Below are positions 8,951 to 17,573 of a stretch of DNA of 64,000 nucleotides, piece after piece. This DNA is from SAR324 cluster bacterium. Lineage in GTDB: Bacteria; SAR324; XYD2-FULL-50-16. Numbering within the stretch: position 1 is the stretch's first letter; each line of letters opens with the position of its first letter. The notes beneath the pieces were generated by a model. That model had not been told where the DNA came from. It was given only the letters and a program-made list of their open reading frames with translations, and made no database searches. Position numbers and translations under genes: made by a program. The stretch covers positions 91,956-155,955 of the forward strand of contig JANQGX010000006.1 in the NCBI GenBank assembly GCA_028282885.1, written 5' to 3'.

Positions 8951-9456
8951 TCAAATTTACTCCGTATTTACCGGTTACTGCATTATCTGCCCTTACAATT
9001 TAATGCCGGCCTGATTTGAAAAAACAGGCAGATTTACTTAATTTTTACGTACCTCTATCCAACCATGAAAATAACTTTATCAATCTTTGTCAATAAAGAA
9101 AACCAGGTATTTTAAGATAATAGTGGCCTTGATCGAACTTAAGATTAAAAAAAGCGAGACGATGATTCACCATGTCTATTCTTTAGAGGTTCAGTAATGA
9201 AATGTTCACTGCTGCAGTGAGGTATTAGAATTCCTCTATGTTTCTTCTGATTTATTTTCCTCTAGTGAATAGAGCGTTGTTAATCAAAAGGGTCAACTCG
9301 CTATCGACAATCTTTGGATATACTCTTATGATATTCCGAAGAACAGCAGGGAATCTGTTCCGGGCAGAGAGAAGATATGCCTGGCAGTGGCTACACGATT
9401 GGTCGTAGTGGCCAAATGTTTGCTTTAATCCGGATTACAGGAATGAGAGATCAAAA

Positions 9457-10506
9457 ATGCGTCAAACGAAACATCGTGTTGCTGTTGCAATGAGTGGCGG
9501 TGTTGACAGCTCTGTTACTGCCCTTATGCTGAAACAGCAGGGCTATGAAGTCTTTGGAATCACTCTGCTGCTTTCCGATACCGGTTTGAGTCCCGAAACA
9601 TTCCTCGCCTCTGTGGAAGGAGTGGCAAAACAGTTGGAGTTGAAACTTCATGTTTACGATCTTCGTAAACAGTTCAAAAAGGATGTGATCGATTATTTTG
9701 TCAACTCATACGAAAAGGGCCTTACTCCCAATCCTTGTGTGGTCTGCAATCAGACAATTAAGTTTGGCGCCATGTTGGAGAAAGCTCGGGGCCTGGGTGC
9801 AGACTACCTGGCCACGGGTCACTACTGCCGAATTGAGCGGAAAGGAGACTCGATCTGTTTGTTGAAAGGTGTAGATAAAACCAAAGACCAGAGCTATTTT
9901 TTGTACCGATTAAACCAGATCCAGTTGAAGAGTCTCCTTTTTCCGTTGGGAGATCTCGTGAAGTCCCGTGTAAGAGAAATTGCAAGAAAAAATGATTTGC
10001 TTCCCGCAGACAAGAAAGAGAGTCAGGATTTGTGTTTTGTCAGCAAAGGCGATTACCGGGAATTATATAGAAAGGAGAGCAGCGAGGAATCCTCGCCCGG
10101 TCCCATCGTAGATGTTTCAGGCAAGAGAGTGGGGACCCATAAAGGGCTCTGGAATTATACCATTGGTCAACGAAGGGGATTGGGTGTTCCGGCCGGGGAG
10201 CCCATGTACGTCTATCAAATCGATGTAACCAATAACACATTGGTAATTGCCACAAATGCCCAAAGAGGGTTAGATACATTTGATGTGGTTGATTTGAATT
10301 ACATAAGTGATATAACGCCGAGTGAACCATTTTCGGCTGATGTCAAGATACGATACACCGCAAAAGAGACAGGTGCCACCATTACACCTGGTAAGGAAAA
10401 AAGAGTGATGGTATCGCTGTCTGAAATGCTTCCTGATGTAACCCCGGGACAATCCGCTGTCTTCTACCAGGGAGAAGAGGTCTTGGGCGGGGGAGTCATT
10501 CGGTGA
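9457..10506 (+). CDS. mnmA: tRNA 2-thiouridylase
   Basis: PP-loop VAVAMSGGVDSSV, the conserved NPCVVCN motif, and a length (349 aa) typical of MnmA. Confidence 0.9.
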   Translation: MRQTKHRVAVAMSGGVDSSVTALMLKQQGYEVFGITLLLSDTGLSPETFLASVEGVAKQLELKLHVYDLRKQFKKDVIDYFVNSYEKGLTPNPCVVCNQTIKFGAMLEKARGLGADYLATGHYCRIERKGDSICLLKGVDKTKDQSYFLYRLNQIQLKSLLFPLGDLVKSRVREIARKNDLLPADKKESQDLCFVSKGDYRELYRKESSEESSPGPIVDVSGKRVGTHKGLWNYTIGQRRGLGVPAGEPMYVYQIDVTNNTLVIATNAQRGLDTFDVVDLNYISDITPSEPFSADVKIRYTAKETGATITPGKEKRVMVSLSEMLPDVTPGQSAVFYQGEEVLGGGVIR

Positions 10507-10606
10507 CATGTCCATCACATCATAAAGAGTTTTATTCAAAATGGTGCTCTGATGGCTGAAAGGTATTGTTTCATGATCAGGGAACAGGAATGTTCAGGGT
10601 GACGAT

Positions 10607-11443
10607 ATGAAAACAGTAGAAAAGCAGGAAAAGCTTGTTGATGGAAAGGGTCGACAGATCCCGATTACGTCCTGGATTCCATCTAAATCCGTCAGCCAGT
10701 TGATTATAATTCATGGCTTTTGTGAGCATACGGGATGCTATCGCCATGTTGCCGAAAACCTCGCCAATCGGGGTGTAGCGGTGCATACCATGGATCTGCC
10801 GGGTCATGGTAATGCGGATGGCATTCGTGGACACATAGACCATTTCGAAGAGTATCTGGACAATGTCTCTCTTCTTGTCAACGAAAACCCGTTCCTGCTT
10901 AAAACGAAATCTGTTTTTCTTCTGGGCCATTCCCTGGGGGGATTGATTTCTCTGCTGTTTTGTATTCGCAGAAATAATCGGTTCAAAGGACTCGTACTAA
11001 CATCCCCTTTGACCGGATTCCCGCCCATGGGGTCATTGATAACCGGTGCTTTGGCTCGGTTTTTAACCAGGAATCATCGCGATGAACCTTTTCCCAAGCC
11101 CAACGGTCCCGGATCACTTTCCCGTATTCCTGGTCAATGGAAGATCTATAACAGTGATCCCCTGCGGGGACGACTGATAACCCCTAATCTGTATCTGCAG
11201 ATGGAGGCAATGATCAAGCAGCTAACCAGTTCCGCTGCCTCCTTGAGCATTCCTTATCTGATGTTTATCAGCAGCAAAGACAGTGTTGTGTCCCCCCAGG
11301 CCGCTCAACGGCTTTTTTCGCAGTCAGGGAGTACCGATAAATCGTTAATTGTATTTACAGAGGCGATGCACGAGCTTCTACAGGAGCCTGAGTGCGACCA
11401 GATTCTGGACAAGCTTCACGACTGGATGGCCGAACGAAGTTGA
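10607..11443 (+). CDS. alpha/beta hydrolase, lysophospholipase / monoacylglycerol-lipase-like
   Basis: IIHGFCEHTGCY..DLPGHG..GHSLGG pattern, as in the PldB/Hydrolase_4 family. Confidence 0.75.
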   Translation: MKTVEKQEKLVDGKGRQIPITSWIPSKSVSQLIIIHGFCEHTGCYRHVAENLANRGVAVHTMDLPGHGNADGIRGHIDHFEEYLDNVSLLVNENPFLLKTKSVFLLGHSLGGLISLLFCIRRNNRFKGLVLTSPLTGFPPMGSLITGALARFLTRNHRDEPFPKPNGPGSLSRIPGQWKIYNSDPLRGRLITPNLYLQMEAMIKQLTSSAASLSIPYLMFISSKDSVVSPQAAQRLFSQSGSTDKSLIVFTEAMHELLQEPECDQILDKLHDWMAERS

Positions 11444-11444
11444 T

Positions 11445-12521
11445 ATGACACACTGTCTTGCCTATTTTGTTACACCACATGGTTTCGGACATGCTGCCAG
11501 AGCATGTGGTGTGATGGATTCTCTTTATGCTTTGGATTCAACTGTCAGGTTTGTCATTTTCTCGACCGTCCCCAAATGGTTTTTTACCAGTTCATTGCGG
11601 GCACCGTTTGACTATGTCGAACTTGAAACTGATATAGGACTGGTCCAAAACGGTCCCTTGCACGAGAATATTCCGTCAACCGTGGAGAGGCTGAACGCTT
11701 TTTTCCCTCCGGAGAAGCGGATAATTCGGGAAACAATTAAACTAATTGAGCGTTATTCCTGTGGTCTGATCATTAATGATATCTCGCCATTGGGAATTGT
11801 TATCGGCAAAGAGATGGGGATCACCACGTTGCTGATCGAGAATTTTACCTGGGACTGGATTTATGATGGTTACGGCGAAGCGGGATTTATCCGGCATATA
11901 CACTACCTCGAAGAGATCTATGCTGCGGTGGATTACCATCTTCTCGCGGAGCCTTTTTGCTGCAAATCGGAAGCCGATATGATTTGCAGTCCTATCAGCC
12001 GTAAAAGTCGAACTAAAGGCCAGGAAATCAGGAACAGGCTGGAACTGAAGGAGGGTGAACGATGTGTCTTGCTAACCATGGGAGGAATTCGGGAGGAGTT
12101 TGGGAATGTTAGCCAGTTGAAAGATCTGCCGAACATCGTGTTCGTTATTCCCGGATCTCGGGATAGATTCATCCGCGAGGATGGCATTATCTATCTGCCA
12201 TTCCAATCCGATTTCTTTCATCCGGACCTCATTGAAGCCAGCGATGTTGTAGTGGGCAAAGTTGGGTACAGCACATTGGCAGAGGTCTATCAATCCGGAA
12301 AGCCTTTTGGATACATCCCCAGATCAGGTTTTCGCGAATCCGATATTCTGGAAGCGTTTATCAAGGATCGAATGCAGGGATTAGCAATATCTGAGAAGGA
12401 CTTTTATAACGGGCGCTGGCTGGAACGATTGGATTCACTTCTTAAGTTGCCCACTATGCGCAGAAAAGGGTCAACAGGTGCCGAGGAAGCCGCGGGATTC
12501 ATACGGAATCTTCTCTTATAA
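11445..12521 (+). CDS. GT-B-fold glycosyltransferase-like protein (MurG/GT28-like)
   Basis: N-terminal motif FVTPHGFGHAAR and C-terminal motif VVGKVGYSTLAEV..GKP. ATG 11445 follows the upstream stop codon by 1 nt. Confidence 0.5.
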   Translation: MTHCLAYFVTPHGFGHAARACGVMDSLYALDSTVRFVIFSTVPKWFFTSSLRAPFDYVELETDIGLVQNGPLHENIPSTVERLNAFFPPEKRIIRETIKLIERYSCGLIINDISPLGIVIGKEMGITTLLIENFTWDWIYDGYGEAGFIRHIHYLEEIYAAVDYHLLAEPFCCKSEADMICSPISRKSRTKGQEIRNRLELKEGERCVLLTMGGIREEFGNVSQLKDLPNIVFVIPGSRDRFIREDGIIYLPFQSDFFHPDLIEASDVVVGKVGYSTLAEVYQSGKPFGYIPRSGFRESDILEAFIKDRMQGLAISEKDFYNGRWLERLDSLLKLPTMRRKGSTGAEEAAGFIRNLLL

Positions 12522-12605
12522 AAGTCAGTTGAAATTGTCCCGACTCCTTTGAAAGCCACCGGACCTATTGTGGTTCTTTTATTTTGATCACGGCACCAGA
12601 TCGAT

Positions 12606-14177
12606 ATGTGTACCATTGCAAAACATCATCCGGCAGTTTCAACTCATTTGCGGATTATTCTGGCCGTGAGTTCAGGTGTTTTGCTGGCCCTCTCTTTCCC
12701 CAATTTTGACCTGGCGTTGACAGGCTGGTTCTGTTTTGTGCCATTGCTTATTTCTTTGGAAAACACGGGATACCGCTTTGCATATAGTCTGGGCTTGATT
12801 ACCGGAATAGCAGGTATGTCTGTCGGATTCTACTGGATATCCGAATGGGCATTGAACGCGTTGAAGGTCCCCTTTGCCTGGAACTGGTTATTTGTCTTGA
12901 TATACGCCTTCTGCTTTGGCCAGGTGTTCGGCCTGATAGCGATAATCTACAAATGGTTATGCGACGCCACCAGGATCAGTCCCGTTTTTCTCTTTCCTCT
13001 AGTCTGGGTTTCACTATTCTCAGTTTTTCCCATGATCTTTCATTTTCATCTGGGGGATGGCCAGTGGAGGTTCTTAACTGCAATTCAGCCCGTTGAATAT
13101 ACCGGAGTATATGGTCTGGATTTCCTGATGGCAATGACAAGCGCCCTGGTTTTCTGCATCATATCGTCAAATGGTGTCAAAACCGGTCGTATAGCTGTTA
13201 TCAATGCACTATTGCTGGTTGTGGTGTGGTTTGTCGTCGGTTATCACCTGCTACAGAACTGGCAGCAGGACCTTGGGGGATGGTCGGTCCGTATGGTAGG
13301 CATTGTACAACCCAATCGACAAGTTACCCTTTCCCGTCCCATGCCGGAAAAAGGATTCAGCAGATCCCGGCCGCTGGAAATGATGTTGACCGAAAAGCTG
13401 GTTGATCAAGGAGCCGAGTTGGTGGTTTGGCCTGAAGGTCATTTTTACGGATTCAGTTTCTGGGAGTCGGTACGTGAATCCTTTCGTGAACAGGTTGCTT
13501 CATTGCAGGTGCCATTAGTATTTCACGACACAACCCACCGCATAATCGACGGTAAAAAGCACTACTTCAATTCGATCCTGTATCTGGATCGAAATGGGAA
13601 CCCGGTTTCGGTTTATGATAAAATCAAGCTGGTTCCCTTCAGTGAGTACCTTCCGTTTTTTGAATCAACTCCCCCATTTGACTGGATTCTGGGGGATTAT
13701 CTTGATAACCTGACTCCCGGAAAGGAAATTAAAACATTTGAAGCGGATGGTCTGACAATTATTCCAAAGATCTGCTACGAGCCGCTTTATCCGGAGTTTG
13801 TCGCAGAGTCTGTGGGTAGCGATGGCAGAGGCAAGCTGATAGTAGTACAATCACAGGATGGTTGGTTTGGTGAAAGCAGCCAACCTTTTCAGCACATGGC
13901 AGCTACAACAATCAGAGCTGTTGAAAACCGGGTGCCTTTGCTTCACGTGATCCAGAACGGTCCATCTGCTGTCATTCAACCCAGCGGAGATATCAGTTTT
14001 ATGTCAGAGGCCTTTACACGCGGAGCCTGGGTAGTCCCCGTAAGCTATCATGATAGAGAAGGGGGAAGTTTTTTTTCCGGCCACCCGCATCTTTTTCTCA
14101 ATTCTATTCGGGGACTGCTTCTATTGGCTTTAATCTATGGCTGGTCCAGACGAAAAAAAGCACATCCCAAACAGTGA
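12606..14177 (+). CDS. lnt: apolipoprotein N-acyltransferase
   Basis: A polytopic N-terminal half is followed by a CN-hydrolase domain (VVWPE, KIKLVPFSEYLP, ICYE). Confidence 0.85.
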   Translation: MCTIAKHHPAVSTHLRIILAVSSGVLLALSFPNFDLALTGWFCFVPLLISLENTGYRFAYSLGLITGIAGMSVGFYWISEWALNALKVPFAWNWLFVLIYAFCFGQVFGLIAIIYKWLCDATRISPVFLFPLVWVSLFSVFPMIFHFHLGDGQWRFLTAIQPVEYTGVYGLDFLMAMTSALVFCIISSNGVKTGRIAVINALLLVVVWFVVGYHLLQNWQQDLGGWSVRMVGIVQPNRQVTLSRPMPEKGFSRSRPLEMMLTEKLVDQGAELVVWPEGHFYGFSFWESVRESFREQVASLQVPLVFHDTTHRIIDGKKHYFNSILYLDRNGNPVSVYDKIKLVPFSEYLPFFESTPPFDWILGDYLDNLTPGKEIKTFEADGLTIIPKICYEPLYPEFVAESVGSDGRGKLIVVQSQDGWFGESSQPFQHMAATTIRAVENRVPLLHVIQNGPSAVIQPSGDISFMSEAFTRGAWVVPVSYHDREGGSFFSGHPHLFLNSIRGLLLLALIYGWSRRKKAHPKQ

Positions 14178-15550
14178 GTCGCACCATGCAGCAAACACAA
14201 TACATATTTTCCAAGATACCTTCAATTCAGGAAATCGATCACTACCTGGAATCCCAGGGTTTGAAATTCGGCAGGGAGATCAGAAACGCAGTTCAGAAGC
14301 TGCTGTTCGATATCAGACAGGATGTTGACTGGCTCTCCGACTCAAAAACAACTCGACAGTCGATTCTGGAAAGGATTAAATCCGATCTTGAACAGCAAAA
14401 GAGAGAGCTGACACCGGTAATTAACGGTACCGGGGCAATTATTCACACCAATCTGGGGAGGTCGGTGTTTTCCAGGGAACTCCTTGATGAGATTTCCGAA
14501 ATTGCCACGTCTTATACCAACCTGGAGTTTTCTCTGGAAACAGGTAAACGGGGTATGAGGCTGAGTAATGTAGGGGGATTGCTGAAAACCCTGACCGGGG
14601 CCGAAGAGGCGGTTGTGGTCAATAATAATGCTGCAGGGGTATTGCTGTGTTTAATCACTCTCGCCAAGGAGCAGGAAGTTGTTATCTCCCGCGGAGAGTT
14701 GGTTGAGATCGGAGGCTCTTTCAGGATCCCCGAGATCATCGAAGTATCGGGGGCAATCCTTAAGGAGATCGGAACAACAAATCGCACGCGGCTGAAGGAT
14801 TACGAAAGGGCCATCACTGAAAACACCGCAGTGATTCTGAAAGTTCACACTTCGAACTACCAGATTGTTGGATTCACCGAGTCGGTACATACCGCTGATC
14901 TGTCACAACTGGTCAGAAGAACTGGCAAGATCCTGATTGAGGATTTGGGAAGTGGCGCCCTGGTTAACTTTGATGATTCCAGGTTGAATACAGAACCGCT
15001 TGTTCCACAGGTTCTCAAGGACGGTGTTGACATCGTCACGATCAGCGGTGATAAACTCCTGGGGGGGCCCCAGGCCGGAATTATTCTGGGCAAAAAGAAA
15101 TACCTGGATCTGATCAGAAATCATCCCCTTTATAGAGCGCTGCGCTGTGATAAACTTACGATGCTGCTATTGGAGAAAACCCTGGTTAGCTATGCCAAAA
15201 ACAGACAATCAGAGGTGGTTCCGACCCAACGAATGCTCAATGAACCGGAAGACTCAGTTCGGCAAAGGACGGAGAATCTGTTAAGAGGGTTGGATTCCGG
15301 CTCTTTTTCCCTCATCCAGTGTAACTCTACACCCGGGGGGGGATCCCTCCCCGGTAAGTCCATTCCTTCCTGGGGTGTCAAGCTCTCTTCAAAGGAGTGG
15401 ACCGAGGATCAGCTACTAGCGAGGCTTCGTCGAACGGACCCACCTGTCATTGGAAGGATTGTTGATGGTGATGCGGTGATAGATTGTCGTACTGTGCTTC
15501 CCCATCAAATCGAAGTTCTTAAAAAGTGTTTAAAAGAAGTTCTTGGGTAG
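14174..15550 (+). CDS. selA: L-seryl-tRNA(Sec) selenium transferase
   Basis: VINGTGAIIHTNLGRS, the PLP-lysine region ISGDKLLGGPQAGII, and a C-terminal GGGSLP. GTG 14174 overlaps the lnt stop codon; ATG 14186 is an alternative start. Confidence 0.9.
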   Translation: MSRTMQQTQYIFSKIPSIQEIDHYLESQGLKFGREIRNAVQKLLFDIRQDVDWLSDSKTTRQSILERIKSDLEQQKRELTPVINGTGAIIHTNLGRSVFSRELLDEISEIATSYTNLEFSLETGKRGMRLSNVGGLLKTLTGAEEAVVVNNNAAGVLLCLITLAKEQEVVISRGELVEIGGSFRIPEIIEVSGAILKEIGTTNRTRLKDYERAITENTAVILKVHTSNYQIVGFTESVHTADLSQLVRRTGKILIEDLGSGALVNFDDSRLNTEPLVPQVLKDGVDIVTISGDKLLGGPQAGIILGKKKYLDLIRNHPLYRALRCDKLTMLLLEKTLVSYAKNRQSEVVPTQRMLNEPEDSVRQRTENLLRGLDSGSFSLIQCNSTPGGGSLPGKSIPSWGVKLSSKEWTEDQLLARLRRTDPPVIGRIVDGDAVIDCRTVLPHQIEVLKKCLKEVLG

Positions 15551-15616
15551 GAGACGCAATCCACACCAGCACTACTTAAAACAAAGATACAGGTCCGCAC
15601 AGTGCTCACCTGCAGC

Positions 15617-17155
15617 TCAGAGGGGTATACAACCGTGTTTGTGCGATTTGTGCGCCGGAGCCTTGGTTTTGGCCACTTCAAAAGCCTGAATCAATTTTTC
15701 CCTGGTTTCGTCGGGATGGATAATGGCGTCTATATAGCCTTTGGAAGCCGGATTGTAAGGATTGGAAAACTTCTCTTTGTACTCCTCGATTTTCTGTTGC
15801 CGCATTAACTCCGGATTTTCCGCCTCCCTGATCTCTTTGGCGAATATTATATTACAGGCGCTTTCAGGACCCATCACCGCGACTTCTGCTGTGGGCAGGG
15901 CAAAGACAAAGTCTGTTTTCAGATGCTTGGATGACATGGCAATGTAGCCTCCGCCAAAAGCCTTACGAAGAATCAGACTGATCTTGGGAACAGAAGCTTC
16001 CGCGTAGGCATATATCATTTTCGCACCGTGACGAATGATTCCCGAGTGTTCCTGTTCAACGCCGGGCAGGTATCCGGGCAGATCTACCAGCGTCAATAGC
16101 GGGATTCCGAATGCATCGCAGAAGCGAACGAAGCGGGCTGCTTTGTCGGATGAATCAACATCAAGACATCCGGCCTTGACCTTGGGTTGATTGGCGATGA
16201 TGCCGATGGATTCACCATTTAAACGGGCGAAGCCGATCACGACATTCCGTGCGTACAATTCCTGAACTTCAAAAAACTCTGATGCATCAACCAGTGAGGC
16301 GATGACCTCTTTGACATCATACGATTTCCGCGAGTTATCAGGAATAATACCCGCCAGTTTTACCTTTTTTTTGGGTGGAAGAGGTTTGGTCGATGGTACC
16401 TCGGTGTTCCACGAGGAGGGGAGAAAACTCAGCAACTTGCGGATCTGGATGAAGGTATCGTATTCGCTTTTGGAGTAAAAATGTGCATTTCCCGCTTTTT
16501 GATTGTGAATCTTGGCCCCGCCTAATTCATCCGATGATACTTTTTCACTGAGTACCGACTCGATCACCTTGGGACCGGTGACAAACATATGGGATAGCTG
16601 GTCCACCATAAACACAAAATCGGTGAGAGCTGGTGAATATACCGCACCACCGGCGCAAGGTCCCAGGATAACCGATAACTGTGGTATCTTTCCGCTGTTG
16701 AGTGTGTTTCTGATAAAGATCTCACCGTAGCCGGCCAGGGAATCCACGCCTTCCTGAATGCGAGCTCCTCCCGAATCATTGATACCGATAATCGGCATTC
16801 CCATCTCGGAAGCCATGTCCATGATTTTGATGATTTTCGCAGCGTGCATACGCCCCAGCGAACCACCCTGTACTGTGAAATCCTGGGCGTAAACGGCAAC
16901 CGGTCGGTTTTCGATTTTCCCAAAACCTGTAACCACCCCGTCACCAGCCAGTTTTTGCTTATCCAGTCCAAAATCTTTGCCGCTTTGTTCAACAAATAGA
17001 TCCATTTCGTTGAAGGAATCCTTGTCTAACAAACTGTTGATCCGTTCCCTTGCCGTAAGCAGGCCGCTTTTCTTTCTTAGGGCAATCTTCTCGTCACCAC
17101 CACCTTTGATTAAAACACTAACCTTTTCTAAAAATGTACTGATTTTCGCAAACAT
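15617..17155 (-). CDS. acyl-CoA carboxyltransferase (propionyl-CoA carboxylase beta / methylmalonyl-CoA carboxyltransferase 12S type)
   Basis: 512 aa with two carboxyltransferase halves (FTVQGGSLG..., GPCAGGAVYSPALTDF, GIIANQP). No biotin-carrier or biotin-carboxylase gene is adjacent. Confidence 0.85.
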   Translation of the reverse strand: MFAKISTFLEKVSVLIKGGGDEKIALRKKSGLLTARERINSLLDKDSFNEMDLFVEQSGKDFGLDKQKLAGDGVVTGFGKIENRPVAVYAQDFTVQGGSLGRMHAAKIIKIMDMASEMGMPIIGINDSGGARIQEGVDSLAGYGEIFIRNTLNSGKIPQLSVILGPCAGGAVYSPALTDFVFMVDQLSHMFVTGPKVIESVLSEKVSSDELGGAKIHNQKAGNAHFYSKSEYDTFIQIRKLLSFLPSSWNTEVPSTKPLPPKKKVKLAGIIPDNSRKSYDVKEVIASLVDASEFFEVQELYARNVVIGFARLNGESIGIIANQPKVKAGCLDVDSSDKAARFVRFCDAFGIPLLTLVDLPGYLPGVEQEHSGIIRHGAKMIYAYAEASVPKISLILRKAFGGGYIAMSSKHLKTDFVFALPTAEVAVMGPESACNIIFAKEIREAENPELMRQQKIEEYKEKFSNPYNPASKGYIDAIIHPDETREKLIQAFEVAKTKAPAHKSHKHGCIPL

Positions 17156-17199
17156 AAACCTCTCCAGACGATTTGATTGCAGGTTGACTCTAAGATAGG

Positions 17200-17280
17200 A
17201 GGGAGGGATCTTTTCCGATTAAAATAGTGTTTGGAAAGAAAGGGAGTAAAAAAGTGATAATCGGTGAAAGATCCCTCCCT
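17200..17280 (-). other. long imperfect hairpin upstream of the carboxyltransferase gene
   Basis: 17200-17221 (AGGGAGGGATCTTTTCCGATTA) is complementary to 17258-17280 (TAATCGGTGAAAGATCCCTCCCT). This gives 14-bp and 7-bp helices split by a small internal loop, with a 36-nt apical loop. The structure ends 45 nt upstream of the start codon at 17155. Confidence 0.5.
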
Positions 17281-17573
17281 GCAACTGAATGATCCGGGTC
17301 TTGCCTGTTTTTGTTCCTGATCCGACAGGACCGGATATATGGGAAAATACCGTATTTAGGCTTGAATGGCAACTGATTACAAATTTATTACAAAAGCTGT
17401 GCCTTGAATTATCCTGGTGTGTAGTTCTTTGTAATCAAAGTTTTTTCAGACGATAGCCAAGATGAAGTCTCGGATCTGAATATGGACGAATGTCCAATTT
17501 AGGTATAAGCTATATGCAGATAATGTATATCAACTACGGATGGTAATCGTCCATTTCCAATCAAAGCCAAGCC

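Noticed and set aside
17281-17300. Possible sigma-54 promoter on the minus strand (CCGGATCATTCAGTTGCA) in front of the carboxyltransferase gene.
   Set aside because: A TTGCA -12 element is present, but the GG-to-GC spacing is 11 nt rather than 10 and the -24 element is poor.
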